Shown piece by piece: positions 35,532-45,493 of a stretch of 53,031 nucleotides of DNA. The notes below the pieces were generated by a model. The model searched no databases. It saw only the letters and a list, made by a program, of their open reading frames with translations, and had not been told where the DNA came from. Position 1 is the stretch's first letter, and each line of letters begins with the position of its first letter. The DNA comes from a virus (Duplodnaviria > Caudoviricetes). The DNA lies in the IMG/VR virus record IMGVR_UViG_3300035137_000015, positions 1 to 53,031 of that record; one strand, written 5' to 3'. Made by a program: the position numbers and the translations under genes.

Positions 35532-36742
35532 GGGAGGGCCTCCGGTATCTCCCCGCTGTACACCCCAGGGAGAACCAGGCGAAGCGATGTTGTACGGGAT
35601 TCTGCGCTTTGTACGCGTGTCACATCGGCTATAAGAAACTCGAATGAGTCATTGATAAAATCCTCTTCGGATTTGAATCTGACGGTCGTGTTCGGCTTAT
35701 AGAGATTGCCGCTGTCGTCCCTCCACGTTGCGAGATGGACGGTGATTGAGAAGATGTCCGAGAACAGTCTTCCGGCTACGGTCTTGACGGCGGCCTCCAA
35801 CTCTCCTTCATCGATGTCCGGAAGCTCAACGGTGAAGGGCCTTACTTGGTCCGTCGCAAATGGGTTTTGGACGGTAAGCTCTGCGCCTCGCCCGTTTGAT
35901 TTTTTACCCCGGCGCTTGGTTTTGGCTGGGATGTATCCGGTCACCGACGAATAGAATTTCGACTCGTCAATCACTGGCGGCTCGACCGCGTAGACCGGCG
36001 CTCTCCCCTTCTCGAGGTCGGACACCGGTCTACCGGCTGAAACGCCTGTCCATACAACGAGCTTCCCGTCGTCCCCTGAGCTGATGACCGGGCCTCGCTG
36101 CCTGGCGAGGTCTGACAGGAACCCGAGGACCTCCTGATTTTCTTGGATGTCGACGCGCTTGAATACCGGCCCCGGCTCGGCTCTAAAATCGCACCCGACA
36201 CCATGGTGAAGGCACAGGTCGTTCGCAATCCTAGTCAGATCAGAGTCGGTCCACTCGAGGGGCATCGCCGAAATTGGAGGCATACTGAACTCAAGGACCC
36301 CGGGGTGAGCATATGCCGACACCATTAGGTTTCTACTGTTGCCGCCCTGGACGGTCTCCGGGGTCACTCCTCGCCCCGACAACAGGACCTCCCCGTCAAC
36401 CGATATGTCGATTTTTGGGGCCGACAACGGGCGAAAGAGAGCCCTTATCTCCGGCTCATTTGGAACGACAAAGCGGGCCTTTGCGACTGCGTCGATAGAC
36501 TCGGCAACCTCGAGCCCGTCCCACGTTCCGAGCGCCTTTCCGTTGACAGAGATCTGAACGCCGGGAATGTCCGCCGGGGACCCTTCGATTTCTTCCGGAA
36601 TTTGCAGAGATGTCCCGGCGGCGATGGGCGCCAGCACTCCGGGGTTTGCCTGCTGTATCCTCGCGGCGTCGAGATCGTCGCCGGTCGTGACCCTGGCGAT
36701 GTCGCTCCACGTCTCCCCCCCTGAAGCAATGTGCCTACCCAT
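35522..36742 (-). CDS. Baseplate hub (Mu gp44/gpP-like) with N-terminal LysM-like domain
   Basis: 'GETWSDIA...IQQANP' LysM-like start; 'FLSDLARQRG', 'TWRDDSGNLYKPN'. Confidence 0.8.
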   Translation of the reverse strand: MGRHIASGGETWSDIARVTTGDDLDAARIQQANPGVLAPIAAGTSLQIPEEIEGSPADIPGVQISVNGKALGTWDGLEVAESIDAVAKARFVVPNEPEIRALFRPLSAPKIDISVDGEVLLSGRGVTPETVQGGNSRNLMVSAYAHPGVLEFSMPPISAMPLEWTDSDLTRIANDLCLHHGVGCDFRAEPGPVFKRVDIQENQEVLGFLSDLARQRGPVISSGDDGKLVVWTGVSAGRPVSDLEKGRAPVYAVEPPVIDESKFYSSVTGYIPAKTKRRGKKSNGRGAELTVQNPFATDQVRPFTVELPDIDEGELEAAVKTVAGRLFSDIFSITVHLATWRDDSGNLYKPNTTVRFKSEEDFINDSFEFLIADVTRVQSAESRTTSLRLVLPGVYSGEIPEALPWQ

Positions 36743-38063
36743 ACCACACCACCTCTCTACCCTTTGGAATCAAGATGTGTTCGTCACCAGCGATCTGGTT
36801 GGTCAGCAAAAACATGTCCATCGTATCCGGCGCCGTTGTTCCGTACAGCTCGAAGCAAAGATCGATTGGCGTCCGCTCGCGCGTGAGCGCGGCCCTGAAC
36901 TGCGTCTTGGCCTTCAGGGATGCTGTTATCAAATCAGATATGGAGGCCCTGACAACCTCTCTAAGCTCCGGAACTCCGTCACCGGTGTCAGACGTTGACT
37001 CGTCTATTTCGCCGCCCTCGACGGCCGTGTAGTTGCTGTCGTGCCATTCCTGGTAACCGTCTTCGAGCGCCTTGAGCCCATCGACCGCGGAAATAAAATC
37101 GGATCTGCTCTGAAACTCTCCCGAACCATCGGCGGCCATCATGGCTGAGTTCGCAATGAGAGCCGATGCGATCACCTTGTTGAGGTGGAATGTGTTGATC
37201 GAATCGTTCGAGTATTGTCTTACCTCGGCATCTGTTCCGCCGAATATGTCATTTGCAAGGTTTTTGTATCCGGCGAGCTTCGTCTTTGTCCCTTCTGCCT
37301 GGCGGCGCGGCTCGCCTACCATGATCTGAACCTGGCGTGCGAGAGCCAAGGGCTTCCCGATGACGGTGTCAATACCTCTGTCAATCGAGTCTCCGACGTC
37401 TTCCATCCCCTGGGTCACCGCTCCGACGCCTGCCGAAGCCTTATCCATCACATCGCCGATTTTTTTCACGGCCTTCAGGACCTTGTCCATAAACCCGGCT
37501 TTGTCTACTGGGTCTGAGAGCTTGGCCTTGTTGGAGAAGTCAACCGCCGACGCATCGAGAAGCGAGTCAAACAGCGACTTTCTGCCGCTGTCCCCTCCAA
37601 CCTGCAATCCGGTCGTTTCGAAAAACGACACATCGAAAATTACTTGTCCGGCGCCGCTCTTGTAGGGGTCGGTCCTGGTGACTTCTCCGACGAGCACGAC
37701 GGGGATGTCTTGGCGATACGACGGGTGAGATAGAACGCCCTCTCCTGGCTCCAGGATTGCGCTCAAAAACGCTTCGGCCTTGTCCCTGTATCCTGAGCCT
37801 GAGAAGAACACCCGCATCGGGAACCGCCCACCGGTGCGCTTGCCTGGTTGCACATAAGTGCCGTTTCCAGATGCCAACTCGAACGGCGCGGACTTCGACT
37901 CTACACTCGATGTGAGGTCCTCAAAGTCAAACGGAACCTTGAGCCCGCTGGGGCTTTTGTAGACGGCTTTCTCCGGGAAAACCATGGGCTCGCCCTCAAA
38001 CCTCTTCGGCCCGGAAAAGATGTCCTTAATGGCGTTGATCGTGTTGGTGACGGGGTTGCTCAT
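36735..38063 (-). CDS. DNA circularisation/tail initiator protein (Mu gpN-like)
   Basis: 'LEPGEGVLSHP', 'FDVSFFET', C-terminal 'LCFELYG...N.I'; follows tape measure. Confidence 0.75.
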   Translation of the reverse strand: MSNPVTNTINAIKDIFSGPKRFEGEPMVFPEKAVYKSPSGLKVPFDFEDLTSSVESKSAPFELASGNGTYVQPGKRTGGRFPMRVFFSGSGYRDKAEAFLSAILEPGEGVLSHPSYRQDIPVVLVGEVTRTDPYKSGAGQVIFDVSFFETTGLQVGGDSGRKSLFDSLLDASAVDFSNKAKLSDPVDKAGFMDKVLKAVKKIGDVMDKASAGVGAVTQGMEDVGDSIDRGIDTVIGKPLALARQVQIMVGEPRRQAEGTKTKLAGYKNLANDIFGGTDAEVRQYSNDSINTFHLNKVIASALIANSAMMAADGSGEFQSRSDFISAVDGLKALEDGYQEWHDSNYTAVEGGEIDESTSDTGDGVPELREVVRASISDLITASLKAKTQFRAALTRERTPIDLCFELYGTTAPDTMDMFLLTNQIAGDEHILIPKGREVVWYG

Positions 38064-39694
38064 TGCGCGGCCCCCGTGTGGACGAGGTTGAGAGATGTTC
38101 CTCCGCCACGGCGTCCGCTCTGCTTCACGGATGCCCGGCCGGTCTCGTCCTTGATGTTGATCTCGACCTCGGACCTGTTGACCGTTTCGGTCCTGGATGT
38201 GGACACCGTTGGGGTTGACACCGGAAACGGTTCCTCCCACGGGGCGACGTCTCCAAAGCTTTGATTAGGCGCGTATCGCTCCTTGTTCTGCTTGGTGTTC
38301 AATGCTGACTGAAGCTTTTCGCGATTGTATTTCGCACCCTCCATGCCGAGGTTCTTCCACGTATCCATTCCAGGGAGATAGTTCAGGAGCACGTTTTTCT
38401 CTATCTCGGCCTCGGCCTTGTTTACCGTTTTGATGTCCTGCTGAAGCTGCGCCGTGTTTCTCTTTGATAGGTCACGCCCCATCGTGTCATTGATGTCGAG
38501 CGATAGATCATAAAGACGCTGGTTGGCCTCCATAAGCGGCTCTACGAGCTTGTCATGGATAATCGTCCCGATCTCCCACCCGACCGCGAACGCGGCGAGC
38601 GCTCCCATGGCTCCCTGGATCTTCCCGATGGATCCGGCGGCGGCATTCGCCTTGCCGGGTATCGCGTCGATTTTCGCCCCGGCCTTTCCGACGCCTCCGA
38701 CACTGAGCGCCGCCGCCTTCGACGACGTATTGAGCAGCCACATCGCCGCGCTGGCGACTTTGACCGCTGCGGACAGTCCGTAAAAAACGGCGACGTATTT
38801 GGCGATCTTCTTTCCCCAGTAGGCGATATCCTCCATGTACTCGGGGACCTTTTTGATAAACTCCAAAAACTTGGTGCTGATAATCCCCTTGTTTGCAACC
38901 ATCCATTTACGGGTTGAGTCGGCAAGCTTTGTAAGCTCGGGGAGCAGCGGGCTGATAACGTCAACGAGGAACCCCTTCACCGTCCGTCCAAGGCGATTCA
39001 TCATGTCGTTGTACTCTTCGGCCTTGGCCGCTTGTTCGGCCGTCACAATGCCGTTCTCTTCCTGCTGACGCATGAGGCGTCCGATCTCTCCGGTCCCCGC
39101 GTTGGCGAGGTTGATCATGTCCATCCCGGAGCGACCAAAGCCGGCCGTCGCCATCGCGGCCTTTCCCATCGCCCCGGGGGTCTTCTCGATGGCACCGAGG
39201 TACAACTTGAAAGCATCGCTCACGTCGTCGGTATCCTTGAGCTGCTTCAACAACTCCGGGTTGGTCTTCTTGAGAGCGGTGTACATGGCGCCGTATCCGC
39301 CCTTCAGCTCCCCGACCGTCTTCGTGAACTTTTGTAACGACTTATCGAAGATCTCCGTCTTCACCCCCGATTGCTCGGCAGCAAATTGGAACTTTTGATA
39401 CTCCTCGATTGGGAAGTCCATCGCCCTTGTTTTTTTGGCGAGCGCGTCCATTGACTCAGTCGTTCGGTTGACGGCGTGGAAGACACCGGCGAGCGCGGCC
39501 CCTCCGGCGAGTGCCCCGTATTTGAGCCCACGGGTGAGGTGACCCGAAATGGTTGACATCGCACGGTTGACGCTTCGAAGGGCCATCGATGCCCGCGCAC
39601 TGAACCGCATAATCTTTCCCTGGATTCCTGAGATGACCCGAGAGGACTTGTCGACGGCCCTGAACGTGGTCTTTATTTCGAGGTTCTTACTCAC
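38060..39694 (-). CDS. Tail tape measure protein
   Basis: 'FRAVDKSS' N-terminus, Ala/Gly-rich helical, synteny after chaperones. Confidence 0.85.
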   Translation of the reverse strand: MSKNLEIKTTFRAVDKSSRVISGIQGKIMRFSARASMALRSVNRAMSTISGHLTRGLKYGALAGGAALAGVFHAVNRTTESMDALAKKTRAMDFPIEEYQKFQFAAEQSGVKTEIFDKSLQKFTKTVGELKGGYGAMYTALKKTNPELLKQLKDTDDVSDAFKLYLGAIEKTPGAMGKAAMATAGFGRSGMDMINLANAGTGEIGRLMRQQEENGIVTAEQAAKAEEYNDMMNRLGRTVKGFLVDVISPLLPELTKLADSTRKWMVANKGIISTKFLEFIKKVPEYMEDIAYWGKKIAKYVAVFYGLSAAVKVASAAMWLLNTSSKAAALSVGGVGKAGAKIDAIPGKANAAAGSIGKIQGAMGALAAFAVGWEIGTIIHDKLVEPLMEANQRLYDLSLDINDTMGRDLSKRNTAQLQQDIKTVNKAEAEIEKNVLLNYLPGMDTWKNLGMEGAKYNREKLQSALNTKQNKERYAPNQSFGDVAPWEEPFPVSTPTVSTSRTETVNRSEVEINIKDETGRASVKQSGRRGGGTSLNLVHTGAAQ

Positions 39695-39923
39695 GTGGTG
39701 CGCTTTCCGCGATCAGCCTCGGACGAATTCCGTCGTAAAAAAACTCGATTTCATCGAGGTCCATCGTCCGAACATCCGGCAACCCTGGATAGTGGAGGCA
39801 TATTTCGAGAATCATCGTTCTCATAACATTGAGCCTCGTATGCATCGGGTTCCCATTTCTGTCTTCTCTCAGTCGCTGCTCCCGTCCGTTTCGAACAAGT
39901 AACGGATGTGTTATCTCACTCAT
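39687..39923 (-). CDS. Tail assembly chaperone, downstream (GT-like) part
   Basis: Short ORF between chaperone and tape measure; 'PDVRTMDLDEIEFFY'. Confidence 0.6.
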   Translation of the reverse strand: MSEITHPLLVRNGREQRLREDRNGNPMHTRLNVMRTMILEICLHYPGLPDVRTMDLDEIEFFYDGIRPRLIAESAPRE

Positions 39924-40323
39924 CCAGAAAAAGGTAGAACACCTCCTTCACCATCTTGATGTCATGCTGCTCGAGCTTGGCCAGTCTCGAAGGGGCGATA
40001 TTCGTCACCCTGGCGAGCCAGGCGTCCTCTTTCTCCTCGACGTGGGTGAGCTTGCATGTATCCATCGCCTTTCTATCGCCCTGCCTCGGGCGACGGGTAA
40101 AGACGACCTCCGGCAGCGCTTCGCTTTCGGTGCTGCATGTCACCGCTCCGTCTTCGTCTACGGCGATGCGTCCCTTCATCACATTCTCGATGAAGTGCTG
40201 TCGGTACGTTTCCATTTTTTCCTGAGCAGACTCGCTCCGAAACGAATCCATTTCGAGCCGTGCGAATTCGGCGAATCTGTCGAACTCCGCGACGGCAACC
40301 TCTCTTGAAATCTTCTCATCCAT
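39916..40323 (-). CDS. Tail assembly chaperone
   Basis: Position after tube; 'RRPRQGD...LAKLEQHD...FYLFL'. Confidence 0.7.
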   Translation of the reverse strand: MDEKISREVAVAEFDRFAEFARLEMDSFRSESAQEKMETYRQHFIENVMKGRIAVDEDGAVTCSTESEALPEVVFTRRPRQGDRKAMDTCKLTHVEEKEDAWLARVTNIAPSRLAKLEQHDIKMVKEVFYLFLDE

Positions 40324-40404
40324 GATCTTGCCTTTCAAAACGCGCCGCCCCTTTTTTCGGGGTGAAAGGCGGCCCCGAGGGCGGCGCTTAAGTCCTGCCT
40401 TTCG

Positions 40405-40779
40405 TTATGTCCTCTTCAGGTCTCCCGTGCCGGAAACGTCGAATGTCGCCGTCGCCTTTGCCGGGTTGTATTTGATCGTTCCGGACGGGCCTCCCTCGGT
40501 TCCTACGAGAACGACGCCGTCGTGAAGCTCGATGGCGACATCGCCATCATCAGCCGAGTTTTTGATCTCAATGAGACGGTCGAACTTTGCGGCGTTGCAT
40601 TCGACAGTGCATCCGTTTGCCATCCACGGACCGACCTTGACGATCTTCCTGGCTGTCTTGTCCGCGTTGCTCTCACGGGTGACCTCAATTCCGTCATCGA
40701 TTTCGGGCTCGTTGTCTCCGGTGAATTTGAACGACTCACCCCCGAAGGCGATCGTTTTTGGCGTTCCTCCAACAATCAT
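40405..40779 (-). CDS. Tail tube protein
   Basis: 124 aa directly after sheath, Mu-like size and beta-rich pattern. Confidence 0.75.
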   Translation of the reverse strand: MIVGGTPKTIAFGGESFKFTGDNEPEIDDGIEVTRESNADKTARKIVKVGPWMANGCTVECNAAKFDRLIEIKNSADDGDVAIELHDGVVLVGTEGGPSGTIKYNPAKATATFDVSGTGDLKRT

Positions 40780-42272
40780 GACTGGCCTCCATAGTAGAAT
40801 CCGAATTGCAGCGTGATGGGAAGCACGTTGACATTTCCGGACAGTTTGAATGTTGCGATGATGTCGAGCCGCTTCGGGTTTGTTGACGAGATCGTGGCCG
40901 TGCTGTTTGCAATCGCGAAGTCGACATCAGAGATGATCGCGGCTAGGCCAGCGTTGGCGTAGATTCTCGCCATTGCCGAAACAGCGTCCTTCGGCTTCTT
41001 TGCGGCGTCGTTGTCCGTCGCCTGACCGTTTGGAAGGAGTGGGACACCCTTCCATTTTGTGCTGTTGAACTCCAGCTCGAAGTTGTAGATCATCGTCGCG
41101 ATCTTCTGTTGGTCCACCGCGTAGGCGTAGGCCGGAGGATCTTCCCCGGTCGGGTGATAGCAAGTGACCGTATCAGAGATTTGAACCTCTCCGTCGACGA
41201 TCTCGACGGTGGAGCACCCGGCCTTGACCGCCGTATCACGCTGATTGCTTCCCCATTGGACAGAGTCCAGACCAGGGGTAAGCTCTGGGCATGCAAGCCC
41301 GGCGTAATCGTACGGGGGATTTTCATTTGCCCGCTTTGCCGACCGCCTCACATGGTCCGCCGCGATGACGAACGGAAGGTCGTTCGAACCCGGATTGGCG
41401 ATGATGCAGTTCGTTCGGTCCGTCTTTCGCGCGTCTGTAACGGCTGTGACCGTTGCCAGCGTGGCCTCGTTTGTCCCTGTGAAGACGAGCAGCGGCTTTC
41501 GGACTTCCGGAGCCCATCGCCCCTCGCCAAACGCCGAGAACGAGTCCAGGTTGGTCGTGTCGTCGTAGTCGAGGGCGTTTACAATGTGCGTGTCCCATGC
41601 CTCTCCGATGAGGTTGAGACCCTCGCCAGCCGCTTCCACGCTGATTGTTCCGCCGCCGCCGGTCGGCTGCGTGTATGCGAAGCTCAGCTCGGCATCATCC
41701 GGAGAGACCATCTCCAGGTAGACGTTGTCTCCTGTGTCTCCGTCCCATCCGACTGTGAAATCGAGCTTTGTTGTCCCATCAGACGCCGCACCGGGCATGC
41801 CGAGCTTTCCATTGATGGCTGCAATGGCCTTCGTGATGAACTCGGATACGCTGTCCCCGGATACAATGACGATCGGATTGGACAACACGTTGTTGATCTT
41901 CGCGTAGTACGTCTGCGTCTTTGTCGCTGTGCCGGTCGGGGTAATGTCCCCGACTGACTGAAGCGGTGTGCCGGTAACCGAAATCGGATATACCCACACT
42001 GGGATGCTCCCGACGCCGTCACCGTTCGATGGAAGCAGCGATCGGACCATCAGGTAGAGCGGGCTCGTGTAGCCGTACAGTGACCCGACCTCATCGGCCG
42101 TGAACACCTGGCGCTTGGCCATCGAGTCCGAGTAGCTCGCGTCCGCCTGGCCGAATACCGCAATGCGAACCGGTCGATACCTGGTCCCCGGGTTTCCGAG
42201 CTGCTTGTATTCGGTCTTCATTGCGAAGCCACGAGCCCGCCAATCTTGTGGAAATGCTGTTGATGCAGTCAT
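40776..42272 (-). CDS. Tail sheath protein (Mu gpL-like)
   Basis: 'IAVFGQ', 'LYGYTSPLYLM', 'AVKAGCST', 'DTVTCYH', 'NPKRLDI'. Confidence 0.9.
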   Translation of the reverse strand: MTASTAFPQDWRARGFAMKTEYKQLGNPGTRYRPVRIAVFGQADASYSDSMAKRQVFTADEVGSLYGYTSPLYLMVRSLLPSNGDGVGSIPVWVYPISVTGTPLQSVGDITPTGTATKTQTYYAKINNVLSNPIVIVSGDSVSEFITKAIAAINGKLGMPGAASDGTTKLDFTVGWDGDTGDNVYLEMVSPDDAELSFAYTQPTGGGGTISVEAAGEGLNLIGEAWDTHIVNALDYDDTTNLDSFSAFGEGRWAPEVRKPLLVFTGTNEATLATVTAVTDARKTDRTNCIIANPGSNDLPFVIAADHVRRSAKRANENPPYDYAGLACPELTPGLDSVQWGSNQRDTAVKAGCSTVEIVDGEVQISDTVTCYHPTGEDPPAYAYAVDQQKIATMIYNFELEFNSTKWKGVPLLPNGQATDNDAAKKPKDAVSAMARIYANAGLAAIISDVDFAIANSTATISSTNPKRLDIIATFKLSGNVNVLPITLQFGFYYGGQS

Positions 42273-42296
42273 TTCGCTATTTCTCCTTGCGGCCCA

Positions 42297-42980
42297 TTAG
42301 CCGCTGTGGTCGTACTCGAGCTCGGCGATGACCTGACCACCGACCTCGTGGTAAAATTTCACGTTGATGATTTCGATAACGCTCGGGTCCTCGAAATCGA
42401 TTGTTTCGTTGTGCTCCACGGCAAGCGTCAAACGAGCCGCGCGGACGTGCTCTACAGGCTGATTTCCAATGCTCGGCTGAAACGGCGTGATCTTTTCAAT
42501 CCACCTGCTCCAGATGAATCCAGCACCGAGCAGCCCGAGATATCCGTACTTGTCGTGCATCAAGATGTTTCGAACGAGCCTGACAGTTCTGTGACTCAGG
42601 ATGGCTGATTGCATGTCTCCGGGAGTGTGCCCGCCAGCGGTCTCCTCTGATTCTGCGTAGGCGTAGACGTCGATGTTGTATCTGCTGGTGTGCTTCTGGC
42701 GATCGGATCTATTGGAAGTCCCCTCGTCGGGGCCGCTGTCGTCGAAAAACACGTTGACGATTGGAGAGGGCAGGGCGCCGCCTTGGAACTCTTCCCATGG
42801 ATTGTCCCGCTCGAGATAGACACGAAATGACCACTCGGTCGGATCGGTCTTCCCGGCCGCCGTTGCTTTTGCAACTTGATCGGCCCCCTCGGCGGCGAGT
42901 ATCCAAGCGATTTTGTCGCGGATGACTTCGAAGCCGTCCTGGCTGTCAATCAGGGGGATGCTTTGGGACTCCTGCGTCAT
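42297..42980 (-). CDS. Putative tail terminator/neck protein
   Basis: Synteny between head closure and sheath. Confidence 0.55.
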   Translation of the reverse strand: MTQESQSIPLIDSQDGFEVIRDKIAWILAAEGADQVAKATAAGKTDPTEWSFRVYLERDNPWEEFQGGALPSPIVNVFFDDSGPDEGTSNRSDRQKHTSRYNIDVYAYAESEETAGGHTPGDMQSAILSHRTVRLVRNILMHDKYGYLGLLGAGFIWSRWIEKITPFQPSIGNQPVEHVRAARLTLAVEHNETIDFEDPSVIEIINVKFYHEVGGQVIAELEYDHSG

Positions 42981-43360
42981 AGCGGCGTATACCCCTCGAG
43001 CATAAGAACCATCGATCCGTGACTTCGGTCCGGATGGTGCGCGACGACCTTGAAGGTGTGCTGGTGTCCATTGGCGTCGACCGTTTCAACAACCCACGGC
43101 TTCGATGCGCTTTGGGCTACGCCTCGAACGCCTTCGAATCCGACATCTTCTAGATCGCGAATAGAAACAGAAACAGAGCATTGACGCCCGGTCACGGTTT
43201 CTCCGGTACCGGGGTCCATCGCGAGGTGAATGTCACTCGAGAATGCCTTGAACTGATGTAACTCAGACGCGGGCGAGATGATATCAATGTCAATTCCGCC
43301 CGTGTCCTCGTCGTGGAGGATTTCGAGATAATCCGCGTGGGCTGTTCCAATCAGGCTCAT
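42977..43360 (-). CDS. Putative head closure (FII-like) protein
   Basis: Beta-rich 127 aa 'F.V....PD...G.....L' after capsid. Confidence 0.55.
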   Translation of the reverse strand: MSLIGTAHADYLEILHDEDTGGIDIDIISPASELHQFKAFSSDIHLAMDPGTGETVTGRQCSVSVSIRDLEDVGFEGVRGVAQSASKPWVVETVDANGHQHTFKVVAHHPDRSHGSMVLMLEGYTPL

Positions 43361-43659
43361 TTCTGAACCAACACCCCTTTACTGACCCAGAAGTTCAGAG
43401 TCGATTGTCCGCCGGGAAATGTTTCCGCCGTCACTCCGCCGATGCGAGTGGACGTTTCGTGATCGAGAATCCCGGCCTTGGTTGAGAGCGCTGGCTTGCC
43501 CTCGGCGATGATCCACCGTGGCGGCCCTTCTTCCTTCGGTTTATCTTCCGGCTTCACGTCGGGCTCTTTCGACTCTTCTGCCGATGCCTCTTCCGGCTTC
43601 TCTTCCGGCTTCTCTTCCGGCTCGTCGTTGCGCTTGGCTTTTTTCCATCCCTTTGCCAT
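43357..43659 (-). CDS. Hypothetical protein after capsid
   Basis: EEKP-repeat N-terminus, coupled to next gene. Confidence 0.6.
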   Translation of the reverse strand: MAKGWKKAKRNDEPEEKPEEKPEEASAEESKEPDVKPEDKPKEEGPPRWIIAEGKPALSTKAGILDHETSTRIGGVTAETFPGGQSTLNFWVSKGVLVQK

Positions 43660-43661
43660 GA

Positions 43662-44768
43662 CTAGAATCCCTTCGTTGTGATGCAGCCGAAACGATCACG
43701 GGTGATGGGGCACAGCGCTGGACGGGTTCCAACTCCGAAGTTGAATACCTCGCGGTCCGGGCTGAACCACATGTTGTAGGAAAGATCGACCAGGCCGGAC
43801 CTGGACGTCGCGCGACCCACTCTGCGAAGTACCGCTGCGGCCTCCGTGTCGATCCCGAACTTGTTGATTGCTCCGAATGTGGCGTCCAATCGGGGGCTGG
43901 CCTCCAACAGGAACTTTGTGTCACCGATGTATTCGGTCTTGGTTCCAGACGCGTTTTCGTGCCACTCGTCATAGATGTAAAGGTCGATTTTCCGAGCGCC
44001 GCGAATTTTGAGAACACCCACGAAGATCGCGCCGTTGTTGAGCCTCGGGTGAACCGGTTCCGAAGTTTCGTCGAGCCTGTAGATCTCTCCGGTGTAGTCC
44101 TTCGAGGCCCCGTTCTTGAATTGTGTGGTGGCCTTCATTTCGTCGAAACACGAAGAGTTGCAGATCGCTCGACGCACTCTCGATTTCCCGTCCCTTTCGA
44201 TCACGTCACAAAGGTTTGCGATGTCGGTAAACGGAACCGCCGATCCCGCGGTTGTCCACGCGACGGACGCATTCGGAAAGTGAGTGCTCAAAACCTCGAA
44301 ATCCTCTGAATAGACCGTTCCTGTCCCATCTGTGAGGGTGACTTCTCCGGTGGTGAGAATCTGGGATGCCTGGATCTCGATGGCCCGCTTGATCATCTCG
44401 ATGATCTCGGTAATCGTCGGGGCGACTACCTCTTGAACGCGAGCCATGAAGGCCGGGTTTTCGTACGGCGTCCGATTGAACGAACGTCCAGACATGACCT
44501 CGTCCGCTGATGCCGAAACGCCTTCTTTGTAGGTGGTCGGCTTGATTTGCTTGATGTCGAACCCCTTCAGGCCGTTCATGCGATATCCGGTGGTCGCGTC
44601 CCGTTGCGGATATGCGATTTCGCGGGAAGTTCTGCGAATGTGGAACTCGACCTTGTCTTTGTTGTGAATCCCGTCCGGAGGCACGGAAAACATGCTCGAC
44701 AGGAGGAGCGGACCTTCGTCTTGCTCGACGTAGGGCGCTACAAGTTGAATGGTTTCTGTTACTGACAT
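43662..44768 (-). CDS. Major capsid protein (lambda gpE family)
   Basis: 'IKPTTYKE', 'RAIEIQASQILTTG', 'W...SAVPFTDI'; follows decoration protein. Confidence 0.88.
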   Translation of the reverse strand: MSVTETIQLVAPYVEQDEGPLLLSSMFSVPPDGIHNKDKVEFHIRRTSREIAYPQRDATTGYRMNGLKGFDIKQIKPTTYKEGVSASADEVMSGRSFNRTPYENPAFMARVQEVVAPTITEIIEMIKRAIEIQASQILTTGEVTLTDGTGTVYSEDFEVLSTHFPNASVAWTTAGSAVPFTDIANLCDVIERDGKSRVRRAICNSSCFDEMKATTQFKNGASKDYTGEIYRLDETSEPVHPRLNNGAIFVGVLKIRGARKIDLYIYDEWHENASGTKTEYIGDTKFLLEASPRLDATFGAINKFGIDTEAAAVLRRVGRATSRSGLVDLSYNMWFSPDREVFNFGVGTRPALCPITRDRFGCITTKGF

Positions 44769-44782
44769 CTCGTCGTCCTCCC

Positions 44783-45493
44783 TTAGCTGATCTCGGATAC
44801 GCTGAGATCGTTCACCGATTGCAGCGTGATGCCGGTGTTCTTCAGCAGCTTGTCGAAGACGAGCGTGTCGATTGCCGTCGCGTCGTCGAGCTTGCTGAGT
44901 TTGGTTTTGTTGAGCTTCCCGGACTTGATTACTCGCGTCCGAAGATCGCCGCTCGCGGCGAACGTGAGCGCTTCTCTGAGCACCGCAACGGGCTCATTTG
45001 TTCCTGTGCCGCCGCCGTCGACGTACGGGACAAGCTTCTTGGTGGAGCTGTTCCGGGCCAGTAGGGTTCCCTTGGGCCAGGTCGCGGATTGACCGGTGCC
45101 TGCCACTGCCGTGTCCCAAACCATCGTTGCCGTACCGGCGCCGATGGCGATGGTGGTGCCGAGCCCGCCAATGTCGTTGACGATGACGACGTGCCCGCTT
45201 CCGTCCACGTCCGCGTGACATCCGACGCACTGGTCATTGATGGCGGCTGCCTTCTCGAGCGCGGTGTCAGTGCTCGCCGGGTAAGTTACCGTCTGCGCGA
45301 CGCCGTCCCATGCCTGTCCGGATCCATCTGTGACGGTCAGAATCAGCGTCTTTGTCGAGTCGTCGTCGGTCTCACCGCTGGCGCTCGTTACCGATGCCGC
45401 CGTACCGGTGAGGTCGGCTGTCAGAGTCTCATCCTCGAAGGTGCACGGACCGAGAAGGAGATCGTCCCTTGTCTCTTGTTGGGTTTCCATCAT
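44783..45493 (-). CDS. Head decoration protein (gpD-like) with inserted domain
   Basis: C-terminal 'GTLLAR.....KLVPY...GT.EPVAVL' gpD motif; ~110-aa insertion. Confidence 0.7.
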   Translation of the reverse strand: MMETQQETRDDLLLGPCTFEDETLTADLTGTAASVTSASGETDDDSTKTLILTVTDGSGQAWDGVAQTVTYPASTDTALEKAAAINDQCVGCHADVDGSGHVVIVNDIGGLGTTIAIGAGTATMVWDTAVAGTGQSATWPKGTLLARNSSTKKLVPYVDGGGTGTNEPVAVLREALTFAASGDLRTRVIKSGKLNKTKLSKLDDATAIDTLVFDKLLKNTGITLQSVNDLSVSEIS

